NCBI GenBank assembly: GCA_038087875.1
Contig: CM075995.1
Span: 10,356,001 to 10,420,000 of the forward strand
From: Malacoraja senta
Taxonomy: Eukaryota
DNA length: 64,000 bases
Reading direction: 5' to 3'
Positions 42,501 through 54,500 of the stretch are shown here, in pieces. The position numbers were made by a program, and so were the translations under genes. The notes under the pieces were generated by a model. The model had not been told where the DNA came from, searched no databases, and saw nothing but the letters and a program-made list of their open reading frames with translations. Position 1 is the first letter of the stretch. Each line of letters opens with the position of its first letter.

Positions 42501-45500
42501 TAAAAAGAATATTAAGAAAGAAATTTGAAAAGCTAAAAGAAGATATGAGGTTGCTTTGGCAAGTAAGGTGAAAGTAAATCCAAAGGGTTTCTTCAGCTAT
42601 ATTAATAGCAAAAGGTTAACAAGGAATAAAATTGGTCCATTAGAGAGTCAGAGTGGACAGCTATCTGCAGAGCCAAAAGAGATGGGGGAGATATTGAACA
42701 ATTTCTTTTCTTCGGTATTCACCAAGGAGAAGGATATGGAATTATGTGAGGTAAGGGAAACAAGCAGAGTAGCTATGGAAACTATGAGATTCAAAGAAGA
42801 GGAAGTACTAACACTTTTGAAAAATATGGAAACGGATAAGTCTCCAGGTCCTGACAGTGTATTCCTTGGGACATTGAGGGAAGTTAGTGTAGAAATAGCA
42901 GGGGCTATGACAGAAATATTTCAAATGTCATTAGAAACGGGAATAGTGCCGGAGGATTGGCGTACTGCGCATGTTGTTCCGTTGTTTAAAAAGGGTTCTA
43001 AGAGTAAACCTAGCAATTATAGACCTGTTAGTTTGACGTCAGTGGTGGGCAAATTAATGGAAAGTATACTTAGAGATAATATATATAAGCATCTGGATAA
43101 GCAGGGTCTGATTAGGAACAGTCAACATGGATTTATGCCTGCAAGGTCAAGTTTGACTAATCTTCTTGAATTTTTCGAAGAGGTTACTAGGGAAATTGAT
43201 GAGGGTAAATCAGTGGATGTTTTCTATATGGACTTCAGTAAGGCCTTTGACAAGGTTCCTCGTGGAAGGTTGGTTAAGAAGATTCAATTGTTGGGTATTA
43301 ATGGTGGAGTAGCAAGATGGATTCAACAGTGGCTGAATGGGAGATGCCAGAGAGTAATGGTGCATGGCTGTTTGTCAGGTTGGAGGCCGGTGACTACTGG
43401 GGTGCCTCAGGGGTCTGTGTTGGGACCACTGTTGTTTGTCATGCACATCAATGAACTGGATGATGGTGTGGAAAATTGGATTAGTAAGTATGCAGATGAT
43501 ACTAAGACAGGTGGTGTTGTGGATAATGAAGTAGATTTTCAAAGTCTACAGAGAGATTTAGGCCATTTGGAAGAGTGGGCTGAAAGATGGGAGATGGAGT
43601 TTAATGCTGATAGATGTGAGGTGCTACATCTGGGCAGGACAAATCAAAATAGGACGTAGATGGTAAATGGTAGCGAATTAAGGAATGCAGTTGAACCGAG
43701 GGATCTAGGAATAACTGTGCATAGTTCCCTGAAGGTTGAATCTCATGTAGATAGGGTGGTAAAGAAAGCTTTTGGTGTGCTGGCCTTTATAAATCAGAGC
43801 ATTGTATATAGAATTTGGGATGTAATGTTCAAATTGTACAAGGCATTGGTGAGGCCAATTCTGGAGTATGGAGTACAATTTTGGTCGCCTAATTATAGGA
43901 AGGATGTCAACAAAATAGAGAGAGTACAGAGGAGATTTACTAGAATGTTGCCTGGGTTTCAGCAACTAAGTTATAGACAAAGGTTGAACAAGTTAGGTCT
44001 TTCTTTGGAGCGCAGAAGATTAAGGGGGGACTTGATCGAAGTCTTTAAAATGATCAGCGGGTTAGACAGAGTTGACGTGGATAAGCTTTTCCCATTGAGA
44101 ATAGGGAAGTTTCAAACAAGGGGACGTGACTTGAGAATAAGGGAAAGAAGTTTAGGGGTAACATTAGGGGTAACTTCTTTACTCAGAGAGAGGTAGCTGG
44201 GTGGAATGAGCTTCTAGTGGAAGTGGTGGAGGCAAGTTCGATTTTATCCTTTAAAAATAGATTGGATGGGTATCTGGACGGGAAAGGAATGGAGGGATAT
44301 GGTCTGAGTGCAGGTAGATGGGACTAGGGGGACGGAAGAAGGAAACAAAATGTTCGGCATGGACTTGAAGGGCCTAGATGGCCTGTTTCCGTGCTGTAAT
44401 CGTTATATGGTTATATAGTTATATGGTTTTCAGGCCGTTTTGCCCGTTTTGTTTCCTTCTGTTGTCCTATGAAAGTTTCCCAATCCTCTGGCTTCTGGCT
44501 ACTCTTTGCTGTGTTATACATCTTTTCTTTTAGTTTTATTCTATCCCTAACTTCTATTGTCAGCCACAGTTGCCTTCTACTCCCCTTAGAATCTGTCTTC
44601 CTTTTTGGAATGAAATGATCTTGCGTCTTCCGGATTATGCCCAGAAATCCCTGCCATTGCTGTTCCACCGTCATTCCTGCTAGGATCCCTTTCCAGTCTA
44701 CCTTGGCCAGCTCATGCCTTCATAGTCCCCTTTCTTCTACTGCACCACTGACACCTCCGATTTAACCTTCTCCTTCTCAAATTGCAGAATAAAACTAATC
44801 ATATTATGATCACTACCTCCAAGCGGTTCCTTTACCTCGAGTTCTCTTATCAAATCTAGTTCATTGGACAACACTAAATCCAGAATTGCCTTTTCTCTGG
44901 TCGGCTCCACTGCAAGCTGCTCTAAGAATCCATCTCGGAGGCACTCAACAAACTCTATTTCTTGGGGTCCTGTACCAACCTGATTTTCCCAGTCTACTTG
45001 CATATTGAAATCACCCATCACCACAGTGGCATTATCTTTGTTACATGCCAGTTTTAACTCCTGCTGCAACTTACACCCTACATCCGGGCTACTATTTGGG
45101 GGTTTGTAGATAACACCAATTAGTGACTTCTTGCCTTTGCAATTCCTCAACTCAATCCACTGTGACTCTAGTCAGTCCCTATGTCTTCCCTCGCAAGGGA
45201 CTAAATTCCATCGCTCACCAGCAGAGCTGCCCCCCCCCCTCTCTGCCCACCTGCCTATCCTTTCTATAGGATGTATAACCCTAAATATTAAGTTCCCAGG
45301 CCCGCTCCTCCTGCAGCCACGTCTCGGTAATCCCCACAATGTCATATCTACCAACCTCCAACTGAGCATCAAGCACATCTACTTTACTTCTTATACTTCG
45401 CGCATTCAAATACAATACTTTAAATTCCTATCGCATCTCACCATTCATATCGATCCCTATTAAACTTGGCCATACTCTCCTGTCCCTTTGTCATCTTTCT

Positions 45501-48500
45501 TTCCCGTTAATTCTGGGGGTCATTAACTATCCCTTTACTCCCTTTCCCTTTAACTCCATCCTTGACTATCCCATTTGACACCCCCCCCCTTATTTAGTTT
45601 AAAACCCCAGTGTCGCAGTGGCAAACCTGTCTGCCAGAATGCCGGTCCCCCACTTGTTAAGGTGCAATTCGTCCCTTTTGTACAGTTCCCATTTACTCCA
45701 AAACAGATCCCAGTGGTCTAAGAATCTAAATCCCTGCCCGAAGAAGGGTCACGCCCCGAAGCGCCGCATATTCCTTTTCCGCAGAGATGCTGTCGGAACG
45801 GCAAGGCTACCTCCGTATCCGGGTCGCCTTCTGTTCCAAGCCATCTGTTCGCAAAACGAGCAAGTGGATACGATGCGGTGGTAACGTGGGAGCCCCACAT
45901 ATCCCCGGGACCGGTCACCAGTTCACCCGCACAGGCCTGCGATAACCTTTAGCACGCTTCCTAATCCGCAGGATTGACAGGTTGGCGTCTCACCTTTAAA
46001 TCTTCATAATTTCAGCTGTGGAATCGTTGATTCAGTTTCCGGGACGACATTCACCTTCAATTGCGGTGGAATTGTCGGTCGATATGTGAACATCATCATC
46101 CCAGGCCCGGATAAAATTTTGACCCTGTGCGAGGTTGAGATATTTGTTTCAGAACTCCTGTACTTACCTGGAAAAGGTAATAATAATAATAATAAATTTT
46201 ATTTATATAGTGCTTGACCGACAGATTAGTTGATCGATTCTCCTGCTGATGAAGTCGTAGAATATCTAACTTACTGAAACTTCGTACCGTCTCTGACAAC
46301 GATCTGCTATTTGCCATTGTTAGTTTAGTCTCCAGTCTTGGACCCTCGCCTTGTCCGAACATGAGCCTGTCTGTTACTGAAAACACTGTGACACTCTATC
46401 GGTCTGTAGATATAATAATATAACACCATATTATGCAAACTATTCGTTTAATTCCACTTTACCTGTTGCACGTGCGTGTGATTCCCTTGCACTGAGGTGC
46501 AGTACGATTTGATTGTATATTACTTAGAAGAGTTTTCCATGCATATCACATCACTTCACCACACGAAAACAGTACGAATATCAATAGTATATACTGCTGA
46601 CCCAAACCTTAATAGAAGGCCGATATTAGTCGGAATTAAGTAGAAACGTAGAAACTAGCGACAGGAGTAGGTCATTGCGCCCTTCGAGCCTGCACCGCCA
46701 TTCAATATGATCATGGCTGATCATTCAAATGAGTGCCACGTTCGTGCTTTCTCCCCATATCCGTCTAATCCGTTAACCACCAGGGCTACTTATATCTAAC
46801 TCTCTCTTAAATACATTTTGCCTTTCAGCTCAGTGGGACGTTTCCATCCCCACAGAAAGCGTGGCGTTGCGTGGAAGTCCGGTCCAGTCCAGCACGGACG
46901 AAGAGGCAGCCGCTGAGCGAGCCAATGACGGGGATAGCGACAGCGACTTCAGGCATGGTTCATGCTCGAGCACCAGGAAATCCAAGAACCCTTGGTGGAG
47001 AGTCGATCTAAAGGAAAGCTACAACGTGTCTGATGTAAGAATCACCAACAGAGCAGACTGCTGCTCGGACCAGCTCCAAGGAGCCGAAATCCGCATCGGG
47101 GACTCGCTGGAGTACAATGGCAATTTCAACAGTCTGTAAGTATCCATAAGCAATCGCCGCAAATATTCACCTGCGATGTCTTCTTCTCCAAATTCCACTG
47201 TTACTGGAGCAATGATAATATGTGGATAAAAAAGAGATACGCTGCGTGTTACGTATAGTTTGACGGCAGATAAAATTAAAATTGTGCTCCTCTGCTCCAG
47301 TTGAGGAACACAATGACACAAAGCCGTAGTCTACTTATCCAATGGCACGAGGCGCTGCCGTTTCGCTTTAGCGATGGGGGTTAATAAACTGAGGTGCAAA
47401 AATCTGTAATTGAAGTTAATTCATGTAATATTGAGCAATCGGATTGCAGTGGCAATGTTCAAGTAACCAACACCCTCTGTATGAGCGAGAGATCATGCAG
47501 TCTCTATCCAGTCAATGCTACCTACGTGTCGGGAGGAACTGGAGATCCTGGTTTTAGCAGAAGCTGAACACAAAAATCTGGAATTACTCCGCGTCAGACA
47601 CCATTGCTGGAAAAACGAAATAGGTGACGTTTCGTGTCGAGACAATCCTTCAGATTTTATTGAGTCACAGAAAATAGGTGCAGGAGGAGGCCATTCGGCC
47701 CTTCGAGCCAGCATCGCCATTCATTGTGATCATGGCTGATCGTTCCCAATCAATAACCCGTGCCTACCTTCTCCCCATAACCCTTGATTCCATCAGCCCC
47801 TAGAGCTCTATTTAACTCTCTCTTAATTCCTTCCAGTGATTTGGCCTCCACTGCCCTTTGTGGCAGGGAATTCCACAAATTCACAACTCTCTGGGTGAAA
47901 ATGTTCTTTCTCACCTCAGTCCTAAATGGCCTCCCCTTTATTCTAAGACTGTGGCCCCTGGTTCTGGATTCGCCCAACATTGGGAACATTTTTCCTGCAT
48001 GTAGCCTGTCCAGTCCTTTTATAATTTTATATGTTTCTATAAGATTCCCCCTCATCTTTCTAAACTCCAGTGAATACAAGCCTAGTCTTTTCAATCTTTC
48101 CTCATATGACAGTCCCGCCATCCCAGGGATCAATCTCATGAACCTACGCTGGACTGCCTCAATCACAAGGATGTCCTTCCTGAAATTAGGAGATCAAAAC
48201 TGTACACAATACTCCAGATGTGGTCTTACCAGAGCCCCATACAACTGCAGTGGAACCTCTCTACTCCTAAAATCCTATTGGTATGAAGGCCAACATTTCA
48301 TTAGGTTTCTTCACTGCCTGCTGTACCTGCATGTCAACTTTTAGTGACCGGTGTACAAGGACATCCAGGTCTTGCTGTACCTCCACCTTACCCAACCAAA
48401 CCCATTAAGATACTAATCTGTACCCCTTGTTTTTGCCACCAAAGTGGATAACCTAACATTTATCTATATTATACTGCATCTGCCACGCATCTTGTTCATT

Positions 48501-51500
48501 CACTCAACATGTCCAGGTCACCCTGCAACGTCCTAATATCCTCTTCCCAGTTCACACTGCCACCCAGCTTTGTGTCAACCGCAAACTTGCTAATGTTGCT
48601 CCTAATTCCCTCTTCCAAATCATTAATATTTAAGGTAAACAGTTGCGGCCCCAACACCGAGCCTTGCGGCACTCCACTCGCCACAGCCTGCCATTCCGAA
48701 AATGTCCTTTTCACTCCTACTCTTTGCTTCCTGTCTGCCAACCAATTTTATATCCATGTCAACACCCTACCTCCAATACCATGTGCTCTAATTTTAGTAA
48801 CAGTCTCCCGTGCGGGACCTTATCAAGGGCTTTCTGAAAGTCTAGATACACTACATCCACTGGCTCCCGTTCATCCATTTTACTTGTCACATCCTCAAAA
48901 AATTCCAGAAGATTGGTCAAGCATGATTTCCCTTTCATAAATCCATGTCGACTTGGACTAATCCTTTTACTGCTGTCCAAATGCCCCATTACTACTTCTT
49001 TAATAATTGAGTCCAGCAACTTTCCCAACAGCGAAGTCAGGCTTACTGGTCTGTAATTCCTCGTTTTCTCTCTCGCTCCTTTCTTGAAAAGTGGGACAAG
49101 ATTTGCTATTCTCCAATCCACAGGAACTGATCCTGAATCTATTGAACATTGGAAAATGATCACCAATACGAGGATTCTCGGACGCAGACCATCAGGCCCA
49201 GGGGATTTATCATCCTTCAGTCCCATTAGCTTACCAAATACTATTTCTCGCCTTATGAAAATTTATTTCAGTTCCTCTACCCCCTTAGATCCTCTGTCCT
49301 CCAGTACTTCTAGGAGATTGTGTGTGTCTTCCTTAGTGAAGACCGATCCGAAGTACCTGTTCAACTCTTCTACCATTTCCTTGTTCCCCATAATAACTTC
49401 TCCCATGTCTGCTTTGAAGGGACACAGATTTGACTTCTTCCCTTAACATTACTAAAGACGCTTTTACTGTCCTTCATTATATTCATGGTCATCTTCCCCT
49501 CGTACTTAATCTTTTCAGGCCGTTTTTCCCGTTATGTTTCCTTCTGTTGTCCTATGAAAGTTTTCCAATCCTCTGGCTTCTGGCTACTCTTTGCTGTGTT
49601 ATACATCTTTTCTTTTAGTTTTATTCTATCCCTAACTTCTATTGTCAGCCACAGTTTCCTCCTACTCCCTCTAGAATCTGTCTTCCTTTTTGGAATGAAA
49701 TGATCCTGCGTCTTCCGGATTATGCCCAGAAATTCCTGCTGTTGCTGTTCCACCCGTAATCCCTCATGCCTTCATAATACCCTTTGTTCAACTGTATCAC
49801 TGACACCTCCGATTTAACCTTCTCCTTCTCAAATTGCAGAATAAAACTAATCATATTACGAACACTACCTCCAAGCGGTTCCTTTACCTCGAGTTCTCTT
49901 ATCAAATCTAGTTCATTGGACAACATTAAATCCATAATTGCCTTTTCTCTGGTCGGCTCCACTGCAAGCTGCTCCAAGAATTCATCTCGGAGGCACTCAA
50001 CAAACTCTATTTCTTGGGGTCCTGAACCAACCTGATTTTGCACATATTGCATATTGAAATCACGCATCACCACAGTGGCATTATCTTTGTTACATGCCAG
50101 TTTTAACTCCTGCTGCAACTACACCCTACATCCGGGCTACTATTTGGGGGTCTGTAGATAACACCAATTAGTGTCTTCTTGCCTTTGCAATTCCTCAACT
50201 CAATCCATTGTGACTGTACCTCGTCAGTCCCTATGTCTTCCCTCGCAAGGGACTGAATTCCATCCCTCACCAGCAGAGCTGCCCCTCAAGGTCATCTACT
50301 TTGCTTCTTTTAATTCGCGCATTCAAATACAATACTTTAAATTCCTTACGCATCTCACCTTTCACATCGATCCCTATTAAACTTCTCCATACTCTCCTGT
50401 CCCTTTGTGAGCTTTCGTTCCCGTTAATCCTGGGGTCGTTAACTAACCCTTTACTCCCTTTGCCTTTAACTCCATCCTTGACTATCCCATTTGACACCCC
50501 CCACCCTTATTTAGTTTAAAACCACCTGTGTCGCAGTGGCAAACCTGCCCGCCAGAATGCCGGTCCCCCACCTGTTAAGGTGCAATCCGTCCCTTTTGTA
50601 CATTTCCCATTTACTCCAAAACAGATCCCAGTGGTCCAAGAATATAAATCCCTGCCCGAAGAAGGGTCAGGACCCGAAGCGTCACATATTCCTTTTCCCC
50701 AGAGATGCTGTCGGAACCGCACGGCTTCCTCCGTATATGGGCCGCCTTCTGTTCCAACCATCTATTCGCAAAACGAGCAAGTGGATACGATACGGTGGTA
50801 ACGTGGGAGCCCCACATAACCCCGGGACCGGTCACCAGTTCACCCGCACAGGCCTGCGATAACCTTTAGCACGCTTCCTGATCCGCAGGATCGACAGATT
50901 GGCGTCTCACCTTTAAATCTTCATAATTTCAGCTGTGGAATCGTTGATTCCGTTTCCGGGACGACATTCACCTTCAATTGCGGTGGAATTGTCGGTCGAT
51001 ATGTGAACATCATCATCCCAGGCCCGGATAAAATTTTGACCCTGTGCGAGGTTGAGATATTTGCTTCCGAACTCCCGTACTTACATGGAAAAGGTAGGAT
51101 GAAGTTCCCGCCGAGTCTCTGGTGGTACGCTGACCCACAGCATAGTTGAGCGATTCTCCTGCTGATGAAGTCGTAGAATATCTAACTTACTGAAACCCCG
51201 TACCGTCTCTGACAACGATCTGCTATTTGCCATTGTTGGTTTACTCGCCAATCTTGGACCTTCGCGTTGTCTGAACATGAGTCTGTCTGTTAACGAAAAC
51301 CCTGTGACACTCGGTGCACACGCCGTCATCCATTTCGTACGGAGACCTTATACTGATAAACACTTGCCAGGCACCAACAAATACACACCAATTGAAGCAC
51401 GCCTGAAGCGTATCTCCCGGTTACCAGACCACTGCATGATCCTCCCTTGACTTGTAATGCAATGGCGATATCTAACCTGCTTCAGCGCGGAACTTGGGCT

Positions 51501-54500
51501 TATTTTCTTTAGGTCTGTAGATATAATACTACAACACCACATAATACAATCTGTTGTTTAATTCTACTTTACCTGTTGCTCTTGCGTGTGGCTTGATTGC
51601 ACTGATGTACAGTATGATTTGATTGTATATTACTAAGTAGAATTTTCGATGCATCTCACTTCACTTCACCACACGAATGCAGTACGAATATCAATGAAAG
51701 ACACTGCTCATCCAAACGATAGAAGGCCAACATTCGTCGGTATTGAATAGAAAAGTAGAAAATAAGTGCAGAAGTAGGCCAGCACCGCTATTCAACGCGA
51801 TCATCGCGGATCATCCAAAAAAAGGTTTTCTGGAGTATTTCAAGAAAGATTTAAATAGAGCTCTTAAATATAGCGGAGTCAAGGGATATGGTGAGAAGGC
51901 AGGAACTTGGTACTGATTGTGGATGATCAGCCATGATCACATTGAAAGGCGGTGCTGGCTCGAAGGGCCAAATGGCCTAATTCCGCACCTATTGTCTATT
52001 ATAAATTGTTATTCTACCCCATTCCTCCTTTCTCCCCATATCCCTTGAAACCGTTATCCCTGAGAGCTATATCTAACTCTTTCTTAAATACATCTTACCG
52101 TTCGGATCAGCGAGTCGTTTCCGTCCCCACAGAAAACGTGGCGTTGGGAGCAAGGCCAACCCAGTCCAGCACGAAGGAAGGGGCAGCTGCTGCACGAGCC
52201 AATGATGGTAACAGCGACAGCGACTTCAGGCATGGTTCATGCGCGCGCACCATGAAATCCAAGAATCCTTGGTGGAGAGTCCATCTAAAGGAAAGCTACA
52301 ACGTGTCAGATGTAAGAATCACCAACAGAGCAGACTGTTGCTCGGACCAGCTCCAAGGTGCCGAGATTCGCATCGGGGATTCGCTGGAGTACGATGGCAA
52401 TTTCAACAGACTGTAAGTATTCATAAGCGATCGCCGAATCTATTCACCTGCGATGTCTTCCGCAAATTCTACTGTTACTGGAGCAATGATCACATGAGTG
52501 GGTACAAAAGAGTGATGATGCAGGTTACGAATGGTTTCACTGCAGATAAAATTTAAATGCGATCCGCTGCTCCAGATGCAGAAGAGCCGTAGTCCACTTA
52601 TCCAATGGCCCGAGCTTCTGCCGTATCGCTTTAGCGATGGGGGTTAATAAAAGGAGGTGTATAAATGCGTTAATTCAAGTTATGTAATATTGAACAATCG
52701 GATTGTAGTGGCAACGTTCAAGTAACCAATGCCGATGAGTGAGATATCATGCAGTCTCTATCCAATCAATGCTACCGACGCAGTGGAAGCACCTGCGGAT
52801 CCTGGTTTATACAGAAGATATACATACAAATTTGGAGTTATTCTGCGGGTCAGACACCATTGCTGGATAATCGAAATAGGTGATGTTTCGGGACGAGACC
52901 TTCCTTTAGATTGTATTCAGACTGAATAAGGGTCACGACCCGAAACGTCACATATTCCTTTTCCACGGAGGGTCGGTTTCAAGATTCAAGATATTTTATT
53001 AGTCACATTCACATACACCCGGGTGTAGTGAAGTGAAATGTTTTTTGCCATTATGCAGCACACTAAAAAGAGAATATGAGAATACAGACACAACACCAAG
53101 ATAGTCTTAACACTGAACATCCCCCCACAATGGCTCCCACCATGAGGGATGGCACAAAGTCCAGTCCCCAACCCCAGTTCACCCATAGTCGGGCCCATTG
53201 AGGCCCCCACAGTTGTCTCTACGGAGGCCCGATGTTCCAGGCCGTTCTCGCCGGGTGATGTTGCTCCGGCGTCGGGAGAGTCCTCCCAGCGGCCTGGGAA
53301 CCCTGGAACGGCCGCTTCCGCACTGGGGGCCGCGGCTTCCGAAGCCAACAAGGCCGCGCCGGTTGGAGCTCCACAACTGGCGCTCTCATCTAGAGATCCC
53401 AGGCTCCCGGTGTAAAGTTCAGCGCCGCCGCCCGCAGCTGGTCGCTCCACAGTCCCGCAGCACCGCGATGTTTTCATCAGCGATCCTCAGCTCACCGGAG
53501 CTCCAGCGCGGCGACCCGGGCAAGGCATCGCCCGCTCCGCGATAGCGCTCCAGCGCTGTGCCGCCGACGAAGCCGAGGTTCTGGGCGGTCCCCGACAGGA
53601 AACTGCGCTCCAGGCCCGCTGGTAGGCCGCGAGGACGGGTCGAAGCTGCAGCCCGGAGAAAAGCTGCCTCTCCGGCCAGGTAGGGACCCTGAAAGGTAGT
53701 TTCCCCCTCCCCCCCCCCAACACAAAAAAGTCTAGACCTCCAAAACAAAACACGTTACTGACTAAAATAAAAAATAAAGGTGAAAGGATAGACAGCTGCT
53801 GGCTGGGCAGCCGCACACAAGTCAGCGCCCCCTGGGTTTCGCAAGGGTACGTGCGTATCCGGAATGTCTTCTGCTCCAAGCCATCTGTTCGGAATACGAG
53901 CAAGTGGATACAATGCCGGAGATAACGTGGGAGCCACACATATCCCCGGGACCTGTTATCAGTTCATCCGCACAAGCCTGTGATAACCTTTAGCACGCTT
54001 CCTGATCCGCCTCATCGACAGATTGGCGTCTCATCTTTAATTCATAATTTCAGCTGTGGAATCGTTGATTCAGTTTCTGGGACGTCATTCACCTTCAATT
54101 GTGGAGGATCTGTCGGTCGATATGTCAACATCGTCATCCCAGGCCCGGATAAAATGTTGACCCTATGCGAGGTTGAGATATTTGGTTCAGAACTCCCGTA
54201 CTTATATGGAAAAGGTAGGCTGAGCTTTCAGCTGAGGCTCTGGTGGTTCACTGCCCCACACCTTAGTTGAGCGATTCCCCTGCAATTGACGTCGTGATAC
54301 AACTATATTTGGGAAACCCCGTACCGTCTCTGCCAACGATCTGCTAGTTGCCATTGTTAGTTTAGTCGCCCGTCTTGGACCTTCGCCTTGTCCGAACATG
54401 AGCCTGTCTGTTAATGAAAACCTTGTGACACTCTATAGGTCTGTAGATATAATAATATAACACCATATTATGCAAACTATTCGTTTAATTCCACTTTAGC

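Larger units (their letters stand above)
37085..45739 (-). mobile_element. CR1 LINE family a, copy 4, interrupted by three nested insertions
   Basis: Same outer junctions; host sequence resumes after each insert. Confidence 0.88.

Noticed and set aside
52986..53939. Several overlapping ORFs in the GC-rich insert
   Set aside because: Expected from stop-codon scarcity in GC-rich DNA; no recognisable domain.
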